A stretch of 64,000 nt of DNA from Actinomycetota bacterium (GTDB taxonomy: Bacteria; Actinomycetota; UBA4738; HRBIN12): assembly GCA_040880745.1 (NCBI GenBank), contig JBBDHX010000036.1, positions 8,783 through 72,782 on the forward strand, in the 5' to 3' direction. The notes under the pieces are model-generated. The model worked only from the letters and a program-made list of their open reading frames with translations. It ran no database searches and was not told the DNA's origin. Both the position numbers and the translations under genes were made by a program. Every line of letters starts with the position of its first letter. Position 1 is the first letter of the stretch. Below are positions 57,771-64,000 of this stretch, one piece after another.

Positions 57771-59692
57771 GCGACACGCGCGCGCGCCACCTCGGGTTCC
57801 CACGACAACAGGACACGGAACGACGCGCCGCCGCCCTCGCGCTCCTGCACCCACGCACGGCCACCGTGGAGTTCGGCGAAGCGGGCGACGAGCGCCAGGC
57901 CGACGCCCGAGCCCGGACCCGACGCCGTGCCCTGGCGGAACGCTTCGAAGATGTGCTCGCGCTCGGCCTCGGGGATGCCGGGGCCGTCGTCCTCGACCAC
58001 CAGCAGGACGCCGTCGTCGGTCCGTTCGAGACGAACCCAGATCCGGGAGTCGCCCGGCGTGTGCTTGACGGTGTTGCCGAGCAGGTTCTCGACGATCCGC
58101 TCGACCATCGTCTGGTCGGCGCGGACCGACAGCGGCGCGACGTCGATCGCGAGACGACGCCCACCGACCACGCCGGACTCCGCGACCAGTTCGCGAACGA
58201 GCGCACCCATGTCCACCGGCTGCAGCTCCGGGTGCGCCAGCCCACGGTTCAAACGCTCCAGGTCCAAGAAATCGGCGACCAGGGCGTCGAGTTTCCGGGC
58301 GTTCTGCGCGATCCGGCCCGCGAGGTCACGGCGCTCGGCGTCACCCAGGACGACGTCATCACGTTCCAGCGTGAGTGCGAGTCCCAGTATCGCCGCCAGG
58401 GGGGTGCGGAGGTCGTGTGAGACCGCCTGCAGGAAGGTGGTCTTCATCTCGTCTTCGAGGCGGAGGCGCTCGGCTTCCTCTTTCTCGCGCTCCAGCGCCC
58501 GCTCCAGTTCTTCGTGTTCGACCTGCTGGGTCACGTCGACGAGCACGCCCTGCCAGTACCGGGGGCGTCCCTCGTCGTCCTCGATCAGGCTCGAGGTGTC
58601 GTGGACCCAGACCTCGCGGCCGTCCTTCGCGAAGATGCGGTACGCCGTGGTGGTGGGTGCGTCGGCCGTGGGTTGCGCGTCCAGGCGCGCGCGGTCATCG
58701 GGATGCACGATCGCCCGCCACATCAGGGGATCGTCGTACCACTCCTGCGGGGCATAGCCGAAGATCGACTCAGCCTGCGGGCTGATGTAGACCGTGGGAC
58801 CCTCATCCACCGGATCGATGTAGACGACCACCGGGATCTGCTCGACGAGGTTGCGGTAGCGCTCTTCGGCCTCCTCCGCGCGCGCCTCGCTCGTGTGCTC
58901 CGCGGTCGCGTCGAACATGATCCCCTGCCAGAAGACGGGGGATCCCGTGTCATCGAGCACCAGGGACGCCGTGTCGCGCATCCACCGGAGGGAACCGTCG
59001 CGGGCGTACATCCGGTACTCGGCGCGGAACTCGCCTCCTTCGCGTTCGATCCGGTCGTACTCGGCACGGATGAGGCCGCGGTCGGCGGGGTGGAACTGCC
59101 GCGCCCACGCGACAGGGTCCGCCATCCATTCCTCCGCGGAGAACCCGAGGATGGTCTGCACCTGCGGGCTCACGTAGAGCATGCGCCCCGGCAGGGCGGG
59201 GTCGTGCTCGACGGTCTCGAGGTACACGATCGCCGGCAGGTGCTCGACGACGCGGCGGAACCGGTCGTCGGTCGCCGCGCGCTCGGTTTCGAGGGCTTTG
59301 CGGCCGGTGATCTCGATCATCAATCCGCGCACGAGCGTGGGCGTTCCCTCGGCGTCCTTGATCGCGTGCCCGATGTCCCTGAGCCAGATCCACTCTCCGG
59401 AGGCGGCGCGCAGGCGGTACTCCTCGTCGAACCGGCCGCCGGCAGACGCGACGCGGGCGAACCTCCCGATCGCCCGCTCGCGGTCCGCGGGATGGATGCG
59501 GTCGGTCCAGAACGAGGGATCGGCGAGCCACTCCTCGGGGGTGTACCCGAGGATCGCGTGGACGCCCTCGGAGATGAAGCCGAACGTCATGGTCGCGACG
59601 TCGGCCTCCCAGACGACGCCGTCGAGCTCAGCCACGAGGTTCCGCGCGCGGCGGAGTTCCGAGTCGGGCGGGACGATGGGGGGGTCCACCAT
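57728..59692 (-). CDS. Multi-PAS sensor histidine kinase
   Basis: Four PAS-like repeats recur with W.D..HPDDR motifs. HisKA follows (FLQAVSHDLRTPL) and then HATPase_c (VEDDGPGIP, GSGVGLALV). No response regulator is adjacent. Confidence 0.88.
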   Translation of the reverse strand: MVDPPIVPPDSELRRARNLVAELDGVVWEADVATMTFGFISEGVHAILGYTPEEWLADPSFWTDRIHPADRERAIGRFARVASAGGRFDEEYRLRAASGEWIWLRDIGHAIKDAEGTPTLVRGLMIEITGRKALETERAATDDRFRRVVEHLPAIVYLETVEHDPALPGRMLYVSPQVQTILGFSAEEWMADPVAWARQFHPADRGLIRAEYDRIEREGGEFRAEYRMYARDGSLRWMRDTASLVLDDTGSPVFWQGIMFDATAEHTSEARAEEAEERYRNLVEQIPVVVYIDPVDEGPTVYISPQAESIFGYAPQEWYDDPLMWRAIVHPDDRARLDAQPTADAPTTTAYRIFAKDGREVWVHDTSSLIEDDEGRPRYWQGVLVDVTQQVEHEELERALEREKEEAERLRLEDEMKTTFLQAVSHDLRTPLAAILGLALTLERDDVVLGDAERRDLAGRIAQNARKLDALVADFLDLERLNRGLAHPELQPVDMGALVRELVAESGVVGGRRLAIDVAPLSVRADQTMVERIVENLLGNTVKHTPGDSRIWVRLERTDDGVLLVVEDDGPGIPEAEREHIFEAFRQGTASGPGSGVGLALVARFAELHGGRAWVQEREGGGASFRVLLSWEPEVARARVAQPADTESSADNHA

Positions 59693-59759
59693 GATGTCGT
59701 GCGACAGTCTGGCAGCGGCCCCGCGTCGCGCACACCGGCGAGCGGCGTAGGCCGGCTAC

Positions 59760-61349
59760 TCAGCCCGCGAGCGCGCCACCGTGCGCACGGGGGTCCGATC
59801 CGGCCACGAAGCCGTCGCGGGTGACCCGGATCATCTGGGCGTGCCCGACCCAGTCGTCGAGGTCGTGCGTGCGCTGCACGGAGAGTCCTGCGTCTGCGAT
59901 CGCGGTGACGGCGTCTTCAGGCACGCCCGCCTCCGCGACCACCCCCGGGAGCGCGTCGCCTTCGGGGAGGTCGTCCACGACGAATCGCGGCGCGGCGACG
60001 GCATCCGCGGGCGAGCGATCCAGCGCGAACACCCCGGCGATGGTCTGCGCGTCGATCTGCGGCTGCTGGTACCCACCCATCGTTCCCGCGACACCCGCGA
60101 GGCCGATCCCGCTGTGCACCATCGCAGGGAGCAGGGTGTGCGGGGGGAGCGCGCCGGGTGCGAACGTGCCCGGTCTGCCCGGCTCCAAGGTGAAGCAGGC
60201 GCCGCGGTCGTTCGCGATGATCCCCGTGCTCGGTTCCAGGATGCCGGCCCCGTAGCCGTGGAACAGCGACTGGATCAGGCTGACCGCGTGCCCTTCGTCA
60301 TCGGCCGTCACGAGCGCGATCGTGTCGCCGCCGGGCTTCGGGGAGCCCGGTCCGGGCGTGAGCGCGGCCCGGACCTCGTCGCAGAACGCGGCCAGGTGCC
60401 CGTCGGACAGGAGCGTGGGAGGGTGCACGTCCATGCGTCCGGGGTCGCCCAGGTGCCGGCGGACGTCGCGTTCGGCGGCCAGGAAGATCCTCGCCCATCG
60501 CCCGGCGTCGGGCCCGCACGGATCGGGATCGAGCTGCAACCGCTCGGCCGCGGCCAGGATCTGCAGGAGCGAGTACCCCTGCGAGTTGGGTGGCGCCACG
60601 CGCACATGCAGGTCGCGCCACGCGCCGATCAACGGCGGCAGCACCGAGGCGGCGTGCGCCGCCAGGTCCTCGGTCGTGATGGGGGAGCCTGCTGCGCGGA
60701 GGCCCTCCACGTACGCCGCGCCGACCGCCCCTCGATACAAGGCGTCCGCGCCCGCAGCGGCGAGCGCCTCGAGCGTGCGCCCGAGTGCAGGCTGGCGGAC
60801 GGTGGCGCCGGAGCGAAGCGCCGCGCCGCCCGGGTAGAAGAGCGCGGCGAGGCCCGGGTCGGCGCCGAACGCGGCCCGGCTCTCGGGCGTCGCGTGCCAC
60901 ACCGCGAGCGCGTCCGGGAGCGTGTACCCGTCATGAGCAGCCCACACGGCCGCGGTGAAGTGGTCCTCCCAGGCCAGGCGGGCACCGAGTCCGTGCAACG
61001 TCTCCCACCCGGATACGGCGCCCGGGACGGTGATGGGAGCCGGTCCCCGCAGCGGCATCGTGTTCCCATGCCGGGCGCGAAGCGCTGCGGGATCGGCCGC
61101 GAGCGGTGCCCGGCCCGAGGAGTTCACCGCCAGGATCTGCCCGCCGTCGATGTCGGCGCGCTGCACCAACGCGAACACGTCCCCACCGACACCGCAGTTG
61201 TGGGGGTACACCACCCCGAGCATCACCGCGGCCGCCAGGGCGGCATCGATCGCGTTCCCGCCGCGCTCGAACGCCGCCGCACCGGCCTCGGTCGCCGCGG
61301 TGTGCGGCGTGGCGATCGCCCAGCGGCGGCCCGATGCGGCCAGATCCAT
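59760..61349 (-). CDS. ggt: Gamma-glutamyltransferase family protein
   Basis: The sequences GGNAIDAALAAAVMLGVVYPHNCGVGGD and GGDTIALVTAD (autoprocessing Thr region) are present. The start was trimmed to ATG 61349. Confidence 0.85.
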   Translation of the reverse strand: MDLAASGRRWAIATPHTAATEAGAAAFERGGNAIDAALAAAVMLGVVYPHNCGVGGDVFALVQRADIDGGQILAVNSSGRAPLAADPAALRARHGNTMPLRGPAPITVPGAVSGWETLHGLGARLAWEDHFTAAVWAAHDGYTLPDALAVWHATPESRAAFGADPGLAALFYPGGAALRSGATVRQPALGRTLEALAAAGADALYRGAVGAAYVEGLRAAGSPITTEDLAAHAASVLPPLIGAWRDLHVRVAPPNSQGYSLLQILAAAERLQLDPDPCGPDAGRWARIFLAAERDVRRHLGDPGRMDVHPPTLLSDGHLAAFCDEVRAALTPGPGSPKPGGDTIALVTADDEGHAVSLIQSLFHGYGAGILEPSTGIIANDRGACFTLEPGRPGTFAPGALPPHTLLPAMVHSGIGLAGVAGTMGGYQQPQIDAQTIAGVFALDRSPADAVAAPRFVVDDLPEGDALPGVVAEAGVPEDAVTAIADAGLSVQRTHDLDDWVGHAQMIRVTRDGFVAGSDPRAHGGALAG

Positions 61350-61380
61350 CCCCGGAGTGTGCCAGGTGGAACGCGGCACC

Positions 61381-64000
61381 TCAGCCTCGAAGCGCGAGAC
61401 CTCGGTACCCGTCGGCGAAGCCCACCGACCGCAGGGCGCCTGCCGCCGGATGCTTGGATGCCGCGATCGCATCGATCGTGCGGATCTCCAGGCGCTGCAC
61501 CCTCCCGTCCTTGACGAGCGAGGCGATCGGGTCCACCCACGAGCCGGGGTCCGCCTCGGCGAACGTGAACAGCGTCTTGCCGCCTCGCTCGAGGAACGCG
61601 GCGGGTTCGCCGGCCGCCAGCACCACGTACGCACCGGCCGAGCGCGACGGCCGCCCCGATGATGCGGGCCACGGGAGCGACGCACCGTAGGGCTGGGCGG
61701 GGTCCGCGGCTGCAAGCGTCCACGTTCCGTCGGGCCCGGCCCGCATGCCGCGCAGGCGGTCCACGGCCCCCGGCGACGCGAACTGCGCCGCCCCCGACCC
61801 CGCCACGAAGTAGCCGCGCCGGACGTGCCCGCCTTCCTCCATGGCGCGGAACACGGGGTAGAGCGCGCTGAACCCGCCGGGGACGTCCTCCGCGGCGACC
61901 GTCGGTCTCGTCACGATGCCGTGGCGGTCCAGCAGTCCGGTGGCGAGCGCGTGCAGCCGTTGGGTGGGTGCCACGTCACCGCGAGCCATGTCGGCCACGA
62001 GCGACCAGCGGCCCGAGCCCGCAGGGGGCCCCTCGCGGCGGAGCGCTCCCGGGCGGGGCCGGGAGGCGCCGGGCGCGCGCCGGCGGCCGGAGCGGCCGAG
62101 GACCGCTCGCAACGGCGCGAGCGTGTCGTTCGTCTCCTCGCCGGTCCAGACGAGGTCCCACAGCGCGGCGAGCACCGCCTGCTCGTCCGCGGTCCGCGTG
62201 GCCTGAACGAGGTCCGGCCAGAACGACGCGCCCCGGTCGGCGAGCCGCGCCCGGATGGCATCGTGCAGTTCCCCGCCAGCCTCACCCTGCGTCGTCGGAA
62301 CGTCCGGGATACCGGAGCCGTCGCGTCGCAGGAGTCTGATCCTCCCACCGGCCTTGCCGAGCGTGCCGGCGCCGACCCACACGAGACCGCCGGCCGCGAT
62401 CATCGCGTCCAGGTCGGCGGGGCGGTAGCCCTGCACGCGCGCCGGCAAGACGTCGTGCTCCAGGATCGACGCCGCGATTGAGGCGCCCTCGAGACGTTCG
62501 ATCGCGGCGCCGAGCGCGCCGGCACCCCCGCGCGGGCGGTCGGCACCCTGCCACGCCGGCAGGAACCGCGCGAACGTGGCGTGGTCCACGGGCTCGATCT
62601 CGCGGCGGAGCTTCGCGAGGGAACGCCCGCGGATCCGCGCGAGCACGGTTGCGTCGCACCGGTCGTCCTCCCCGCCACCGGGGCGGAACCCACCGCGCAA
62701 GATGGTGCCGGCTGCCTCGAGTGCCTCGAGCGCACCGAGGAGACTGCCGGCGGTCACGCCGAGAGAGGCGGCAGCGTCCTGCGTGCGGAACGGTCCGTGC
62801 GTCCGAGCGAACCGTGCGACCAGGTCCCGCATCGGATCGGGAACGGGGTCCGTGAACGCTGCGGGCACGCCGTCGGGCAGCGCGACGCCGAGACCGTCGC
62901 GCAGACGTCCGGCGTCCTCGACCGCCGCCACCTTCTCTTGCCCGGCGACCCGCACGCGGATGGCTCGGCCGTCCGTTTCCAAGGCGTCGATCGCCGCAGC
63001 GGCATCGCCTGTGTACCGGGCTGCGATCTGCTCGGGCTGAAGCGGCCCGAGGTCGCGCAGCAGGTCGTGGACCCCGTCGGCCCCGCGCGCGGTGCGTCCG
63101 GGCGCCAGGCGCTGGAGTTCGCGTTCGACACCGGCGAGCGCATCCGCATCGAGCAGCGACCGGAGGTCATCGGAGCCCAGGAGGTCACGCAGCAAGGCGC
63201 GATCGAGGGACAGCGCCGCCGCACGGCGTTCGGCCAGCGGCGCATCTCCTTCGTACATGAAGACCGAGACCCACTTCAAGAGCAGCGAGCGGGCGAACGG
63301 CGACGCCTGGTCGGTATCCACCGACACCATCCGCACCCGGCGCGCGTGCAGATCTGCCATCAGCTCCGCGAGCGCCGGCACGTCGAAGTGATCGCGGACG
63401 CACTCGCGGGTCGCCTCCAGCAGGATGGGGAACTGCGCGTGCGCCGATGCGGCCGCGAGCAGGTCGGCGCTCCGCTGGCGCTGCTGCCACATCGGCGTGC
63501 GCGTACCGGGGCGCCGCCGAGGCAGGAGCAGCGCGCGCGCCGCAGCCTCCCGGAAGACCGAGGCGAACAGCGCCGTGCCCGGGAGCGTCGCGATGACCGC
63601 GTCCTCGATCGTCTCCGGGTCGAACAGGAACTCCTCGACCGGAAGTTCCTCCACGGCCTCCGGGAGTCGCACGACGATCCCGTCATCGGACCAGAGGATC
63701 TGCGCACCGGGGCCGAACCGCGCGAGCAGCCGGGCCTCGATCGCGAGCGCCCACGGTGCGTGCACGCGGGCGCCGAGCGGGGTGAGCACGCACACCCGCC
63801 AGTCACCCAACTCGTCGCGGAAGCGCTCCACCACGACGGTGCGATCGTCGGGGACCGCGCCGGCCTCGGCTTGCTCGGCGACGTAGGCCACGAGGTTGCG
63901 CGCGGCGAACGGATCGAGCCGGAGGTCGCGCTGGAGCGTCCCGATCGCTTCGTCGCGGCCGCGTCCCTGCAGCTCACGCGTGAACCGGCCGATCGCGCGG
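61381..64000 (-). CDS. lhr: Lhr-family ATP-dependent helicase, C-terminal portion (N-terminus beyond the right window edge)
   Basis: The sequence ERFRDELGDWRVCVLTPLGARVHAPWA and the long C-terminal extension are typical of Lhr. The frame stays open upstream to position 64000. Confidence 0.8.
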   Translation of the reverse strand, partial: RAIGRFTRELQGRGRDEAIGTLQRDLRLDPFAARNLVAYVAEQAEAGAVPDDRTVVVERFRDELGDWRVCVLTPLGARVHAPWALAIEARLLARFGPGAQILWSDDGIVVRLPEAVEELPVEEFLFDPETIEDAVIATLPGTALFASVFREAAARALLLPRRRPGTRTPMWQQRQRSADLLAAASAHAQFPILLEATRECVRDHFDVPALAELMADLHARRVRMVSVDTDQASPFARSLLLKWVSVFMYEGDAPLAERRAAALSLDRALLRDLLGSDDLRSLLDADALAGVERELQRLAPGRTARGADGVHDLLRDLGPLQPEQIAARYTGDAAAAIDALETDGRAIRVRVAGQEKVAAVEDAGRLRDGLGVALPDGVPAAFTDPVPDPMRDLVARFARTHGPFRTQDAAASLGVTAGSLLGALEALEAAGTILRGGFRPGGGEDDRCDATVLARIRGRSLAKLRREIEPVDHATFARFLPAWQGADRPRGGAGALGAAIERLEGASIAASILEHDVLPARVQGYRPADLDAMIAAGGLVWVGAGTLGKAGGRIRLLRRDGSGIPDVPTTQGEAGGELHDAIRARLADRGASFWPDLVQATRTADEQAVLAALWDLVWTGEETNDTLAPLRAVLGRSGRRRAPGASRPRPGALRREGPPAGSGRWSLVADMARGDVAPTQRLHALATGLLDRHGIVTRPTVAAEDVPGGFSALYPVFRAMEEGGHVRRGYFVAGSGAAQFASPGAVDRLRGMRAGPDGTWTLAAADPAQPYGASLPWPASSGRPSRSAGAYVVLAAGEPAAFLERGGKTLFTFAEADPGSWVDPIASLVKDGRVQRLEIRTIDAIAASKHPAAGALRSVGFADGYRGLALRG

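Overview
High-GC, Actinomycetota-like chromosome segment; the lineage call is an inference from composition and gene order. No searches were run, so all calls rest on reading the six-frame translations and the DNA by eye. Most of the window is a conserved housekeeping backbone: ECF sigma, CIRCE-hrcA-dnaJ, phoH-ybeY-corC-cdd-era, recO-uppS, glyQS, ppdK, dgt-dnaG-rpoD, xthA, fumC, ggt and lhr. Many long ORFs in the track are antisense or upstream-extension artefacts of the GC content and were trimmed or rejected.

Five things stand out:
1. phoH carries a 362-aa intein with LAGLIDADG motifs. It has Ala1 and the Trp/Cys/Thr (WCT) signature of class 3 inteins.
2. tRNA-Asn (37442-37517) is followed by two further copies of its 3' half, at 39957-40000 and 44117-44157. 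They delimit two tandem islands of about 2.4 kb and 4.1 kb that look more AT-rich, and neither has a recognisable integrase.
3. Island A carries a 4-TM protein plus a 304-aa protein that resembles the Kiwa KwaA/KwaB defence pair, and a divergent unknown 226-aa gene. Island B carries only uncharacterised genes, plus an IS1595-type transposase with a tightly coupled 91-aa passenger ORF. These islands are the best place in the window to look for an undescribed system.
4. A G34 homopolymer followed by C9 sits where two convergent genes meet. It is probably an assembly or sequencing artefact.
5. A nitrobindin-like gene is translationally coupled to a PCP-motif P1B-5 ATPase with a C-terminal hemerythrin-like domain.
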